Positions 51,898 through 62,940 of a DNA stretch of 64,000 nt are shown one piece after another; position 1 is the stretch's first letter, and the number at the start of each line of letters is the position of its first letter. The position numbers and the translations under genes were made by a program. This stretch comes from an uncultured Chloroflexia bacterium. Its GTDB lineage: Bacteria; Chloroflexota; Limnocylindria; Limnocylindrales; CSP1-4. The notes beneath the pieces were generated by a model. The model was not told where the DNA came from. It made no database searches and worked only from the letters and a program-made list of their open reading frames with translations. The stretch covers positions 249,525 through 313,524 of the forward strand of contig CAWHYQ010000001.1 of the NCBI GenBank assembly GCA_963833705.1, written 5' to 3'.

Positions 51898-53427
51898 ATG
51901 GACACACCGCTCGTCGTGGCGGTGGCTCTCGTAGCCGCCGTCTGCGGAGCCATAGTCGGCGTTCTCCTGCGCGGCCTATGGGCCTCCCAGACCATGAAGG
52001 CCGCGACCGCCGAGGCGCGCCGCATCGAGGCCGACGCTCGCGCCCGCCAGAAGGAGCTCATCCTCGAGGCCAAGGACGAGAAGCTGCGGATGCAGCGCGA
52101 GGCCGAGGAGGAAGCACGGGCCAGGCGGAACGAGCTGTCCGGTCTCGAGAGCCGCCTGTTGCAGCGCGACGAGCAGCTCGACCAGCGAACGGACCTGCTC
52201 GAGCAGCGCGACCGCAAGCTGCTGGAGCGCGAGCGCGAGCTCGACAAGACCCGCGAGGAACTCGCCCGGGCACACGGCGAGCAGGTCGCCGCGCTCGAGC
52301 GCGTGTCCGGGATGTCGGCCGACGACGCCAAGGGGATCCTCATCGAGGCCGTCCGCGAAGAAGCCGAGCACGACGCGGTCAAGATCGCGCGCGCCATCGA
52401 GCGCAGCGCTCGTGAGGAGGCCCAGGACAAGGCGCGCGACATCGTCATCACGGCCATGCAGCGGGTCGCCGCCGACCACACCGCGGAACACACGGTCTCG
52501 GTCGTCCACCTGCCGTCCGACGAGATGAAGGGTCGGATCATCGGCCGCGAGGGTCGCAACATCCGGGCCCTCGAACAGGCCACCGGCATCGACCTGATCA
52601 TCGACGACACCCCCGAGACCGTGATCCTGTCTGGCTTCGACCCGGTCCGCCGAGAGATCGCCCGGCTGGCGATCACCAAGCTCATCGCCGACGGACGCAT
52701 CCATCCCGGCCGCATCGAGGAGGTCGTCGCCAAGGCCCGGGCCGAGGTCGACACCGTGATGCGACAGGCCGGCGAGCAGGCCGCATACGAGGCGGGCGTG
52801 CCGGGACTGCCGGCTGACATCATCAAGACGCTCGGTCGTCTGAAGTTCCGTACGAGCTACGGCCAGAACGTGTTGAACCACGTCGTCGAGACCAGCCACC
52901 TGGCGGCGGTCATCGCCGCCGAGATCGGCGCGGACGTGCAGGTCGCCAAGATGGGCGGCCTGCTGCACGACATCGGCAAGGCCGTCGACCACGAGGTGGA
53001 GGGCCCGCACGCGGCCATCGGCGCATCCATCGCCCAGCGTCACAACCTGTCGCCGCGGGTCATCAACGCGATCGCCGCCCACCACCAGGAAGTGGAGTAC
53101 ACCTGCCTCGAGGCGCCGATCGTCCAGATCGCGGACGCCATCAGCGCATCTCGACCGGGTGCACGCGGTGAGTCGATGGACACGTATGTCAAGCGCCTGG
53201 AGGACCTTCAGGCCATTGCCGAAAGCTTCAACGGCGTCGAGCGTTCGTTTGCGGTCCAGGCGGGCCGCGAGGTGCGGATCCTCGTGCGGCCCGAGGAGAT
53301 CGACGACCTGACCGCATCACGTCTGGCCCGCGACATCGTCAAGAAGATCGAGGACCAGCTGACCTATCCGGGTCAGATCAAGGTGACGGTCATCCGCGAA
53401 ACGCGGGCCGTGGAGTACGCGAAGTAG
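51898..53427 (+). CDS. rny: Ribonuclease Y
   Basis: N-terminal TM helix, coiled coil, KH domain ([23 protein letters not shown]), HD domain ([12 protein letters not shown]). SD GGGAGGA lies 7 nt upstream. Intact. Confidence 0.85.
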   Translation: MDTPLVVAVALVAAVCGAIVGVLLRGLWASQTMKAATAEARRIEADARARQKELILEAKDEKLRMQREAEEEARARRNELSGLESRLLQRDEQLDQRTDLLEQRDRKLLERERELDKTREELARAHGEQVAALERVSGMSADDAKGILIEAVREEAEHDAVKIARAIERSAREEAQDKARDIVITAMQRVAADHTAEHTVSVVHLPSDEMKGRIIGREGRNIRALEQATGIDLIIDDTPETVILSGFDPVRREIARLAITKLIADGRIHPGRIEEVVAKARAEVDTVMRQAGEQAAYEAGVPGLPADIIKTLGRLKFRTSYGQNVLNHVVETSHLAAVIAAEIGADVQVAKMGGLLHDIGKAVDHEVEGPHAAIGASIAQRHNLSPRVINAIAAHHQEVEYTCLEAPIVQIADAISASRPGARGESMDTYVKRLEDLQAIAESFNGVERSFAVQAGREVRILVRPEEIDDLTASRLARDIVKKIEDQLTYPGQIKVTVIRETRAVEYAK

Positions 53428-53467
53428 GGTCGCCCTCGAGGCCCATCGAGTGCGGAGGTCCTCACAG

Positions 53468-54127
53468 ATGATCGACACTGCATCGCACGGGCGCCGGCGA
53501 CTCGTCGTCGGCCTGCTCGGCCTGATGTTGGCAGCCTGCTCGCCGAGCACCGTCGCGAGCACGAGCCCAGCTCCATCGGTCGCCGCGGTCGCGACCGCCA
53601 CCGCTGAGCCCACGCCCAGCCCGACGGCGTCACCCACCGCGAGCCCCACGCCTTCGCCGTCCCCGAGTCCGACCCCGGCTCCGACTGCGACGCCGACGGC
53701 ACCACCCGACGCGGCTGCGGGGCTCGCCATCGGCAAGCCGTACTCGCTGGCGCCCCTCGACCCGATCCTGGAAGCCTCCATGCGCCAGCAGATCGTCGGA
53801 TCGGCCGGGCCCGTGGCAGCCTTGATGGGCTTCGGGGGCCGCGACGTCAGCAAGAACGGCGCCCTGGCCGGCTATGTGTTCGTCATCGACTTCCCGGCCG
53901 GCATCCTCAATGACACGTCGTATCAGTCGTTGATCGCCGGCGTGGAGGCGAATTCGTCGACCAAGCTCAAGACCGTGACGATCTCAGGTGTCACGGTCTC
54001 GACCGGGGCCGTCGCGAACGGGTTCCTTGGCCTGTACCGGAAGGGCGACCGCGTCGTCATGGTCATCACCCCGACCGCCGTGGAACTCACCGCGATCACG
54101 AAGGCCTTGATCGCCGCCAACAAGTGA
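53468..54127 (+). CDS. Lipoprotein with Pro/Thr/Ser-rich linker, unknown function
   Basis: Lipobox LMLAACSP. Low-complexity PSPTASPTPSPSPSPTPAPT linker then a globular domain. Confidence 0.5.
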   Translation: MIDTASHGRRRLVVGLLGLMLAACSPSTVASTSPAPSVAAVATATAEPTPSPTASPTASPTPSPSPSPTPAPTATPTAPPDAAAGLAIGKPYSLAPLDPILEASMRQQIVGSAGPVAALMGFGGRDVSKNGALAGYVFVIDFPAGILNDTSYQSLIAGVEANSSTKLKTVTISGVTVSTGAVANGFLGLYRKGDRVVMVITPTAVELTAITKALIAANK

Positions 54128-54301
54128 TCCCGGACGCGACGAGTGGCCCGCTGATGCGCGAGCCATCCGGCGTCTGACCGCGAACCGCGCCTGTAACGTT
54201 TGTCGATCGTCCGCGTTGTCACGCGCAGATGGGCGGTGACGCCCTTCCGATCCGATCGAGCGTGCGACCACGCCAGCGTCGATGCAGAGAGAGGCCGAAC
54301 C

Positions 54302-55147
54302 GTGAACGAGGGCCCACTCGATCCCGAGCCTGGATCCGCTCCGTCAGAACCGGCACCCGAATCCTCTTGGCCAGAACCTGAGCCTGGAACCCCGACGCTC
54401 GCCGGCGAGGCCGCGCTCCCGCCCAGCCCGGCGGCACGCCCCCGAAGGCAATTCCTGGCCGTTGCGGGTGGCCTCGTGGTCGTTGTCGGCTACCTCGGCG
54501 TCAAGTTCCTTCTCGGGTTCGTCGTCGCGGGCGCGGCGGCCGGTGCCATCGGCGCGGTCTTTGGCGGACCCTGGGACCACCTCCCGTCCGATACCCGGGA
54601 CCGGGACGTTGCGCGCATCGAAGCCGCTGTCGGCCCCAGCTTCAAGGGACTCTCCGATGCCGATCAGGCGAAGCGACTGGCCGACCTTCAGGCTGGCGGC
54701 CTGCCGCGCCTCGATGATGCGACGCTGATCGACCGCGTCGGGATCTTCGCCGCCGCGCTCAACGCGACAGACGAGCACACATGCGCCACGGTCATGCGGG
54801 TCTCGTTCGGCGACCCGTTCGACAAGGAAAGTGCGAAGAAGCTCATCGGTTCGCTGGACTCCACGGCGTTCAGTCGATGGGTGGAGATCGCCGTCGAGGC
54901 CATCGAGGCCGAGTCCAAGGCGGCCCCGCCGGCGCGCAAACCCTCGGACGCCGAGGCCAACGCGATGTTCGACGCGGTATTCGCACGCATTTCGCCCACT
55001 GACCAGGCGACGATCGCCTCCGTCCAGAGTGGGACCGCCGTGTCGGACGGGGTGGTGTGCGCCGCTGGACGAGCGATCTATGGCGTCGGTCTTGGGCTCG
55101 AGCCGGCGCAGCGCGCGACCTTCGCCCTCACCGACGTCCAGTCCTGA
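54302..55147 (+). CDS. Hypothetical single-pass membrane protein
   Basis: Acidic/Pro N-terminus, one TM helix (FLAVAGGLVVVVGYLGVKFLLGFVVAGAAAGAIG), and a C-terminal soluble domain with 2 Cys. Confidence 0.45.
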   Translation: MNEGPLDPEPGSAPSEPAPESSWPEPEPGTPTLAGEAALPPSPAARPRRQFLAVAGGLVVVVGYLGVKFLLGFVVAGAAAGAIGAVFGGPWDHLPSDTRDRDVARIEAAVGPSFKGLSDADQAKRLADLQAGGLPRLDDATLIDRVGIFAAALNATDEHTCATVMRVSFGDPFDKESAKKLIGSLDSTAFSRWVEIAVEAIEAESKAAPPARKPSDAEANAMFDAVFARISPTDQATIASVQSGTAVSDGVVCAAGRAIYGVGLGLEPAQRATFALTDVQS

Positions 55148-55192
55148 GCGACGCCCAACGGATCGAGGGCTCTGCCTCCCGAGGGTGGAGAC

Positions 55193-55495
55193 TCACTCCT
55201 GCGGGCCGGCGCCCCCTGCATGTGTCCCGGTCAGCCCGCCGTGGACGACCTGGTTCGGCGATGCCTTCGGCGTCGTGGTGACACCTCTGGCGGCCCTGGA
55301 GCCGGCGGCGGCCGGGTCGCGCGTGCCCGCCTGGTAGGGGTCGCCCTCGAGACGTTGCGCGGCCGGTCCGCTCGGATCGAGCGCCGTGGGACCGGGGAGT
55401 GCCGAGCCTGTCGAGCAGGCCGCGGCACCGGCCGCGATGCATGCGGCCAGGACGAGGCGGGCGACCCCGCGGCCGCCCGTGATGGATCCAGACAT
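55193..55495 (-). CDS. Possible small lipoprotein (100 aa), low complexity
   Basis: Signal peptide VARLVLAACIAAGAAACSTG. The remainder is Gly/Pro/Ala-rich. Could be spurious. Confidence 0.25.
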   Translation of the reverse strand: MSGSITGGRGVARLVLAACIAAGAAACSTGSALPGPTALDPSGPAAQRLEGDPYQAGTRDPAAAGSRAARGVTTTPKASPNQVVHGGLTGTHAGGAGPQE

Positions 55496-55710
55496 CGATC
55501 AACCTCCGCGTGTCAATGAACCGACCTCGGGCCGAGGTCGGTTCCGCCACGCTATGGGTCGGCCCGCTCGCGCACATCCGGTGGTCGCCCCATGCCGGCC
55601 ATCACCGCACCTTCATTTTCCGGGCGGTCGGACCATGGTCCGGCGGCTCCCGCCTTTAGCCGACGCCCGGCCGCATCGGCCGTCGGCGCGCGGCGGCTAG
55701 ACTTCCGCAC

Positions 55711-56604
55711 GTGCACGACCGCCCCCAGAGCCCGAACGACGCGCCCACGCCGATGGGGCGCACGCGTCTCGGCAACCCGCCCAACGGCAACGCCGCCCGG
55801 CCATCCGGTGCCTGCCGCGTCCTGATGATCGGCGACCTCATCGGCAAGCCGGGACGCATCGCTGTGGAGGGGATCCTGCCGGCGCTGCGCGAGGAGCGAG
55901 GCATCGACTTCGTCACCGCCAACGGCGAGAATGTCGCGGGCGGGATGGGCCTCACGCCTTCGACCGCGGACGCGATCCTGGCTTCCGGCGTGGACGTCAT
56001 CACGTCCGGCAACCACATCTGGGACAAGCGCGAGATCTACCCGTACCTGGAGGCCAACGACCGCGTCCTTCGCCCCCTCAACTACGGCACGCACGAGGTC
56101 CCCGGACGTGGTTGGGGGACCTACCAGGCGCTCGATGGCACCGACATCGCGGTCGTCAACCTCCAGGGCCGGACGTATATGCAACAGATCGAGAACCCAT
56201 TCACCGACGCCGATCGGCTTCTCGAGGAGTCGTCCGAGCCGCTCCCGCCGGTCCGCCTGGTCGACTTCCATTGCGAGTTGACGTCCGAGAAGAACGCGCT
56301 GGGCCTCTACCTCGACGGGCGGGTCAGCGTCGTCGTCGGGACGCATACGCACGTCGTCACGGGCGACGAGCGGATCCTCCCGAACGGCACCGCCTATCAG
56401 ACCGATCTCGGCATGACGGGGCCCGTCTGGAGCGTCATCGGGTTCGAACCCCGGACGGTGATCCCGCGGTTCATCAACGCCTTGCCGACGCGGTTCGAGG
56501 TGGGCGAGGGGACCGTCGTGTTCAACGCCGCCCAGATCGACATCGACCCGGCCACCGGCCGGGCCCTCGCCATCGAGCGCATCCAGCGCCTCATCGAGGC
56601 CTGA
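55711..56604 (+). CDS. ymdB: TIGR00282-family metallophosphoesterase (YmdB-like 2',3'-cNMP phosphodiesterase)
   Basis: VLMIGDLIGKPGR, GNHIWDKRE, GTHTHV motifs. True start uncertain (55753 or 55825 are alternatives). Confidence 0.7.
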   Translation: MHDRPQSPNDAPTPMGRTRLGNPPNGNAARPSGACRVLMIGDLIGKPGRIAVEGILPALREERGIDFVTANGENVAGGMGLTPSTADAILASGVDVITSGNHIWDKREIYPYLEANDRVLRPLNYGTHEVPGRGWGTYQALDGTDIAVVNLQGRTYMQQIENPFTDADRLLEESSEPLPPVRLVDFHCELTSEKNALGLYLDGRVSVVVGTHTHVVTGDERILPNGTAYQTDLGMTGPVWSVIGFEPRTVIPRFINALPTRFEVGEGTVVFNAAQIDIDPATGRALAIERIQRLIEA

Positions 56605-56629
56605 GGTCGATGGCCATCCCGGGCGTGCG

Positions 56630-57586
56630 GTGACGGTCGCGTTCCGTCGTCGTCGACACGACCCGCTGCCGGCCGAGGGCTCCGGTCGGGTCCACCCACC
56701 CGGCCCGTCGACGATCGACCTCCACACGCACACCACCCGCTCCGACGGCGTCATGGGCCCCGCGTCGCTCGTTCGAGCGGCGGCCGATGCCGGCGTCCGT
56801 CTCCTTGCCCTGACCGACCACGACACCCTCGCCGGCTACCGCGACGTCGTCGCGGCGGATGCCGTGCCATCCGGCGTGACCCTCATCCCGGGCGTCGAGA
56901 TCAACGCGATCGTCACGCGAGATCTTGGTCCATGGGAGGGGGAACTCCACATCCTGGGCTTCGGCATGGACCCGGCCGACGAGGCGTTCGAGGCGACGCT
57001 CGCCGCCCAACGGAGCCACCGTCGCGAGCGGTTCGAGCGGACCGTCGCGCGTCTGCGTGAGCTCGACCTGTCGATCGACGACCAGCTGCTCGACCTGCCG
57101 GGTTCCGATGACGACGCGCTCGGCCGTCCGACCATCGCGAGAGCGCTCATCGGCGCCGGCCACGCCGCGACCGTGGACGACGCGTTCGGGCGGCTGCTCG
57201 GTTGGGGGAAGCCAGGCTACATCCCGCGCAGCGGGCTCGGACCGATCGAAGCGATCGCGGCAATCCGCGACGCCGGCGGATTGCCCGCGTTGGCGCACTT
57301 CAGCGAGGCGCCGTCTCGGGTCGAGGTCGTGCGCGAGTTGGCCGATGCCGGTCTGGGTGGGCTGGAGGTCTACTACCGAACATTCGACGCGGCCACGGTC
57401 TTCGCGGTCGGTGAGGTCGCCTCCGCGCTCGCCCTGGTCGCGACCGGTGGCACTGACTATCACGGCGATACCGGCACCTACGCCGAGGCGCACGCCGGGT
57501 TGTGGGTCCCACCTGAGGTCGCCGCGGGTCTGCGTGCCGCTGGCGTCGCGGACGCCGTCGTCGTAGGCTCGCCGGCACAGCCATGA
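56630..57586 (+). CDS. PHP-domain phosphoesterase
   Basis: IDLHTHTTRSDG, LALTDHDT, metal-binding His/Asp pattern of the PHP family. Confidence 0.75.
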   Translation: MTVAFRRRRHDPLPAEGSGRVHPPGPSTIDLHTHTTRSDGVMGPASLVRAAADAGVRLLALTDHDTLAGYRDVVAADAVPSGVTLIPGVEINAIVTRDLGPWEGELHILGFGMDPADEAFEATLAAQRSHRRERFERTVARLRELDLSIDDQLLDLPGSDDDALGRPTIARALIGAGHAATVDDAFGRLLGWGKPGYIPRSGLGPIEAIAAIRDAGGLPALAHFSEAPSRVEVVRELADAGLGGLEVYYRTFDAATVFAVGEVASALALVATGGTDYHGDTGTYAEAHAGLWVPPEVAAGLRAAGVADAVVVGSPAQP

Positions 57587-59203
57587 CCGACCATCCCATC
57601 CCGACCCGCACGCTGCCGATGCTCGAGTTCGTCGCCCCGCCGGCGCCGAGCGCCCCGCGCCGACCCGCCACACCCGGCGACGCGCGCCTGGCCGAATACG
57701 TCCCCGAGACGCGGATCCTGCCGCGGTTCCACCTCTGGACGCTGGGCTGCCAGATGAACCGGAGCGATTCGGAGGAGATGGCCGGGCGACTGTTGACCGC
57801 CGGCTGCGAGGAGGCGCCCACGCTCGAGAGCGCCGACCTCGTCGTCATCAACACTTGCGCGATCCGCGAGGGCGCCGAGCAGAAGGTCATCGGTCGGATG
57901 GGCCAACTCGCGCGACTCAAGGCCGCGAAACCGGGCATGCGGGTCGTGCTGACCGGCTGCTCGGTCCGCGAACCGGACCGGGCCGGGCTGGCTCGTCGAT
58001 ACCCCGCCGTCGACCTGTTCCTGCGACCCGACGAGGAGCCTGAGCTCGTCGATCGTCTGGGGCTCGCGTCGGCCCAGGCACCGATCGGCGCGATCGGCGC
58101 GACGACGAGCGTCGGTCGAACGGTCGTCGGCGTCGCGGACCATCTCGCCGGCACGCGAGCGCGGGCGGTGGGGGAGGGGACCGTGGCGCGGGGCTCGACC
58201 ATCGCCGCGTGGCTGCCGATCATCTACGGCTGCGACAAGACGTGCACGTACTGCATCGTGCCGTTCAGCCGCGGTCCGGAGCGCAGCCGGCCGTTCGACG
58301 ACATCGTGGACGAAGCACGGACCCTGGCCGCCGCCGGCTACCGCGAGGTCACCCTCCTCGGCCAGAACGTCAACTCCTACGGGCACGACCTGCCGTCCGA
58401 CCCGCGGTTCGGTCACGTCGAATTCCGCGCGCTGGGCGGGTCATCGCCTGGACCTTGCCGGTCGCCCCGACCTGGCCGAACTGATCCGCGCCATCGACGC
58501 CCTTCGCACCGCCGACGGCCGGCCCGCCATCGAACGGCTGCGCTTCGTCACGTCGCACCCGTGGGACCTGTCGGACCGGCTCATCGCGGCCCTGGCCGAC
58601 TGCGAGTCGGTCTGCGAGCACCTCCACCTGCCGGTCCAGTCGGGCTCCGACGCCGTGCTGCGCCGGATGGGCCGCCAGTACACGATCGAGCACTACGGGG
58701 AGCGTCTTGCGCGGATCCGCGACGCCGTGCCCGGGATCACCGTCTCGACCGACGTCATCGTCGGGTTCTGCGGCGAGACCGAGCCGCAGTTCGAGGAGAC
58801 CCTGGCGCTGCTCGAGGCGGTCCGCTACGACCAGGTCTTCGCGGCGGCCTACTCGCCGCGACCCGGCACGCCCGCGATCCGCCTCGACGACGACGTCCCG
58901 GCCGATGACAAGCGGCGTCGACTCAACACGCTGCTCGCGGTCCAGGAGCGGATCGGGCTCGAGCGCAACGAGGCCTGGCTGGGTCGCGAGGTCGACGTCC
59001 TCGTCGATTCGATCAACCCGGCCCGCGGCCACGACCACGCTGACGCAGAGCCGATCGGAGACGGCAGTCGGCTGTCCGGGCGGACCCGAGGCAACAAGCT
59101 CGTGCACCTGTCGGGCGACGAGGCGCTGGTCGGTCGGACGGTCCTCGTCAGGGTCGACCACGCCGGGCCGTATGCGCTCCGGGGCGCGCTCGTCGGCGCG
59201 TGA
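57583..59203 (+). CDS. miaB: tRNA-2-methylthio-N6-dimethylallyladenosine synthase MiaB with an apparent frameshift near 58438
   Basis: N-terminal MTTase cluster (LGCQMN, NTCAIRE, LTGC). Radical-SAM CDKTCTYC. After ...NVNSYGHDL...RALGG the conserved continuation (DLAGRPDLAELIRAIDAL...RLRFVTSHP...HLPVQSGSD...TRAM domain) is in the next frame. ATGA overlap with the PHP gene. Confidence 0.8.
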
Positions 59204-60133
59204 CCGCCGGTCCGCCTCTGGTCGTCCTCGCCGGGGCCACGGCGACGGGCAAGACTGAACTGGCCATCCGACTGGCCGAGTCGATCGTTGCCGGCGGCCG
59301 CCCCGCGGTCGTCATCTCGGCCGACTCGCGCCAGGTGTTCCGTGGTCTCGACATCGGCACGGCGAAGGCCTCGGCGGCGGACCAGGCTCGGGTCCCGCAC
59401 CGCGGGCTCGACCTCGCCGACCCGGACCAGCCGTTCAGCGTGGCCGATTTCGCCGCCCATGCCCGCGAGGCGCTTCGGGAGATCGGCGCCCGGAATGGCG
59501 TCGGGATCCTTGCCGGTGGGACGGGCCTCTATCTCCGGGCCGTCGGGCGTGGCCTCGCCACGGACGCGTTGCCGAGCGACCCCGAGATCAGGGCCAGGCT
59601 GGAGGGAGCATTGATCGAGAGCGGGCTCGAGCCCCTGGTGGCTCGATTGCGGACCGTGGCGCCAGAGACGGCCGCACGGATCGACACGCGCAATCCGCGA
59701 CGCGTCGTGCGGGCATTGGAGATCGTCGAGATCACCGGCGACGTACCGCCGCCCGGTCTCCGCGGGTACCCGGGCCCGATCGCGTGGCTCGGCCTGAGCG
59801 TGGAACCTTCCGGACACGCCGAACGTATCGCGACGCGGGCGCGCGCCCAGTTCGAGGCCGGCCTGGTCGACGAGGCTCGGGCGCTGCGAGAACGTTTCGA
59901 CCCCGCCCTACCGGCGTTCTCCGCGATCGGCTATCGGGAATCGTGGGGCGTCCTCGACGGCTCGTTGACGCTCGCGGAAGCCATCGACCTGGACGTGGCG
60001 CGCAATCTGGCCTTCGCCAAGCGTCAGCGGACGCTGGTTCCGTGCGGAACCCGACATCGTCTGGCTGGACGCGACCGATGCGCTCCCGGAGGGCGCGGCC
60101 CGCGAGGCGACCCGGCGGTTGACCGACGCCTGA
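59200..60133 (+). CDS. miaA: tRNA dimethylallyltransferase MiaA with an apparent frameshift near 60040
   Basis: P-loop GATATGKT, ...AFAKRQRT then the conserved C-terminus WFRAEPDIVWLDATDALPEGAAREATRRLTDA* in the adjacent frame (stop TGA 60131-33). GTGA overlap with miaB. Confidence 0.8.
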
Positions 60134-60137
60134 CGCA

Positions 60138-60171
60138 CGAAGACCGGCCCGGGGCACCGGACCGGTCTTCG
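60138..60171. terminator. GC-rich hairpin between convergent miaA and the downstream minus-strand gene (candidate bidirectional terminator)
   Basis: CGAAGACCGG-cccggggcaccgga-CCGGTCTTCG. Perfect 10-bp stem, no U-tract. Confidence 0.35.
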
Positions 60172-60215
60172 GTCGGTTCGGTCGATGCTCCGCGACGACC
60201 GCGGAGCGCTGACGG

Positions 60216-60755
60216 CTAGCTGGTCGGGGCAGCCGGGGGGGCCGGCGGGGTCGGGGCGGCCGGAGGGGCCGGTGGAGGCGGCGTCCGCATGGCGGCAGCC
60301 GCTGCCGCGTTGGCGGCCTGCGCCTGGGCCAGCGCCGCCCGCTGCTCGGGCGTCATCAGGCTCATCTCCTTGTCGATGAAGTGCTTCTGCACGCCCGGGT
60401 AGTTGAGGTAGAAGAAGATGAGCATCGCGATGAAGATCGGCGCCGCCTCCTCCTCGAGGGTCGACGATCCGAGGACCGCGAAGAAGCCGAAGATCAGCGT
60501 GAACATGCTGATGAAGAGCCCGAACGACCACGCGTAGGCGCGGACGTTCCAGAACCCCTCGGCGACCCAGAACCAGATCGCGGCAAGGATGATCGCGAAG
60601 AACGCCTGGCCCCACTGGGGTTCGTTGAAGGAGACCGGCTTGCCGACGAACGTGAAGTCGACGATGCCGAGGAAGACCAGGGTCCGCCAGATCTCGAAGA
60701 GTCCCGCCAGCCCGGCACCGACTGCCAGGAGCGTGACGCCGATCGGTCAATTCAT
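60216..60755 (-). CDS. Hypothetical 4-TM membrane protein with Ala/Pro-rich C-terminal tail; N-terminus disrupted (ATG-AAT-TGA)
   Basis: The frame continues upstream of the track's 96-aa ORF: PIGVTLLAVGAGLAGLFEIWRTLVFLGIV...AFFAIILAAIWFWVAEGFW...AWSFGLFISMFTLIFGFFAVLG...PIFIAMLIFFYLNYPGV...MTPEQRAALAQAQAANAAAAAAMRTPPPPAPPAAPTPPAPPAAPTS. The only upstream ATG (60755) is followed by AAT TGA in frame. Confidence 0.4.
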
Positions 60756-60888
60756 CTGTGTGTGCACCCTCCATCTGCCGAGCCTCGACGACAGCGAGAC
60801 TTCGGCGAATCCCAAGCATAGCGGCTGGAACAAGGGGAATCAGCGCTGACCGGTGCGCGCGGCGGGATCGGGGCTATCCTTCTGGGGC

Positions 60889-62214
60889 ATGCCCAACGAC
60901 CTCATCGATCTGGCCGTCCCGGTCGAACGCGCCTTCCTCGTCGCGGTCGACACCGGCAGCGATGACGGGTGGACTGCCGAAGATTCGCTGACCGAACTCG
61001 CGAACCTGGCCACGACGGCCGGAGCCGACGTGGTCGGGGCCGAGTGGCAGAACCGTCGCCACGTCGACCCGAACTGGTATGTCGGCAAGGGCAAGGCCGA
61101 GGACCTGGTCGCGGCCAAGCGCGAGACCGGCTTCGACCTGCTCGTGGCCGACGACGAACTGTCGCCGGCACAGCAGCGCGCGCTCGAGGAGCTGCTCAAG
61201 GTCAAGGTCATCGATCGGAGCCGGTTGATCCTCGACATCTTCGCGCTCCATGCCCAGACCCACGAGGGCCGGCTCCAGGTCGAGCTCGCCCAGCTCGAAT
61301 ACCAGCTGCCGCGCCTGACCCGCCTCTGGACGCACCTGAGTCGGACCGGCGGCGGGATCGGGACGCGTGGACCGGGCGAGTCACAGCTCGAGACCGACCG
61401 TCGGATCATCCGGACTCGGATCTCGAAGATGAAGGAACGCGTCGACCAGGTCCGCCAGCAGCGCGAGACGGCCGCGCGCGGGCGCGATCGCCGGCTCTGG
61501 CCGACCGTCGGCATCGTCGGGTACACGAACGCGGGCAAGTCGACGCTGCTCAACGCACTCGTCGGCTCCGAGGTCGTGAAGGCCGAGGACAAGCTCTTCG
61601 CGACGCTCGATCCGACGAGTCGGCAGGTCAAGCTCGGCGACGGCCAGACCGCGATCGTCACCGACACCGTCGGGTTCATCCATAAGCTGCCGCACCAACT
61701 CGTGGAGGCGTTCCGCGCGACGCTGGAGGAGGTCAACCGGGCCGACGTCCTGGTCGAGCTCGTGGACGGGTCCGACGACCATTTCGCCGAGCATCGGGCC
61801 ACCGTCCAGACCGTCCTCGATGAGCTCGGCGCCGGCGACAAGCCTCGGCTCGTGGCGTTCAACAAGGCGGACCTGCTCGACCCCGCAGCACGCGACGGAG
61901 CGATCCCGGCACCGGCGATCGCCGGTGCAGTGTTCGTGTCGGCCCTGACCGGCTACGGGATGGAGACACTCCGGGCCGAGATCGCGGCGCTGCTGGCGTC
62001 GTTGTGGGTCGATGTCGACGTGTCGCTGCCGTACGCAGCGGGTGAACTCCTGGCGCGCGTCCGGGAGCGAGGGACGATCGACCTCGAGTATCGCGAGCGC
62101 GATGTGCGGGTCCGAGGTCGGGTGGCGCCATCCTTGGCCGGTGAGCTCGACTCGGCGGCGGCCCGGTGGGCCGCAGTGACCGCCGAGGACGCATCGACCG
62201 CCGCCGCGGGATGA
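60889..62214 (+). CDS. hflX: GTPase HflX
   Basis: HflX N-terminal domain (AFLVAVDTGS...GKGKAEDL), G domain GYTNAGKSTLLNAL, DTVGF, NKAD. Intact. Confidence 0.85.
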   Translation: MPNDLIDLAVPVERAFLVAVDTGSDDGWTAEDSLTELANLATTAGADVVGAEWQNRRHVDPNWYVGKGKAEDLVAAKRETGFDLLVADDELSPAQQRALEELLKVKVIDRSRLILDIFALHAQTHEGRLQVELAQLEYQLPRLTRLWTHLSRTGGGIGTRGPGESQLETDRRIIRTRISKMKERVDQVRQQRETAARGRDRRLWPTVGIVGYTNAGKSTLLNALVGSEVVKAEDKLFATLDPTSRQVKLGDGQTAIVTDTVGFIHKLPHQLVEAFRATLEEVNRADVLVELVDGSDDHFAEHRATVQTVLDELGAGDKPRLVAFNKADLLDPAARDGAIPAPAIAGAVFVSALTGYGMETLRAEIAALLASLWVDVDVSLPYAAGELLARVRERGTIDLEYRERDVRVRGRVAPSLAGELDSAAARWAAVTAEDASTAAAG

Positions 62215-62783
62215 CATCGGTGCTTCGTCGGGCTGGTCGAGGCCGCCTCGCTGACGGATCGCTCCTGGTCTGGTCGCTCGCCGAGGGTGGGCGCGGACGA
62301 CGCTGGCGCGCGATGACCACCCAGGCGGGGACGATCACGCACGCGCTGCTGCTCGAGGTGGACCTGGTTGGTCGCCCCGCGCGCCTGGAGCTGACGACCC
62401 GGACTGGCCTCCTCACGCTGCATCCGGATCGCCCCGGCCGCACGTTGCACGGCAACGTCGTCACGGCCGATGGCGTCCGCCACATCTCGTTCGGCTGGGG
62501 GCCCGAGCACGAACTCGCCGTCGACGGTCGCCCGATCGCGAGCGCCGTGAGCGCCCATCGCCTGGCAAGCACCACCGACGTGGGGGAGTGGACCGACGTC
62601 CCGGTCGTGGCCATCGCCGTCGACCTCACGATCCGGGAGGAGACGCGCCGGTTCACGAGGCTGAGCGCGACCGAGTGGCGCATCGACGGCGGCCCCGCAC
62701 CGGCGACGCTGGACATCGACGACCGAGGCGTCCCGATCGGGCTCGCTGAAGCCGCCGAGTGGCCGCTGGAGGTCGACGACTGA
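62211..62783 (+). CDS. Hypothetical protein translationally coupled to hflX
   Basis: ATGA overlap with the hflX stop. No recognised domain (…HISFGWGPEHELAVDGRP…). Confidence 0.45.
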   Translation: MTSVLRRAGRGRLADGSLLVWSLAEGGRGRRWRAMTTQAGTITHALLLEVDLVGRPARLELTTRTGLLTLHPDRPGRTLHGNVVTADGVRHISFGWGPEHELAVDGRPIASAVSAHRLASTTDVGEWTDVPVVAIAVDLTIREETRRFTRLSATEWRIDGGPAPATLDIDDRGVPIGLAEAAEWPLEVDD

Positions 62784-62940
62784 AGCCCCCTGGGCTGCGC
62801 GGCGGGTATCGTGGACAGGCTGTGGACAAGCGCTCGTAGAAGCGCGAACTGGGGGCGAAAGTCGTGGATAAGTCGCTGGCCCCGGCCGAGGTCCGTCGGG
62901 TATCGTAGGTCTTGCCTGAAGGGGCCCCAGATCGGAAGCG

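Noticed and set aside
51603-52826. 407-aa minus-strand ORF
   Set aside because: Antisense to rny, which has clear KH/HD domains and a strong SD.
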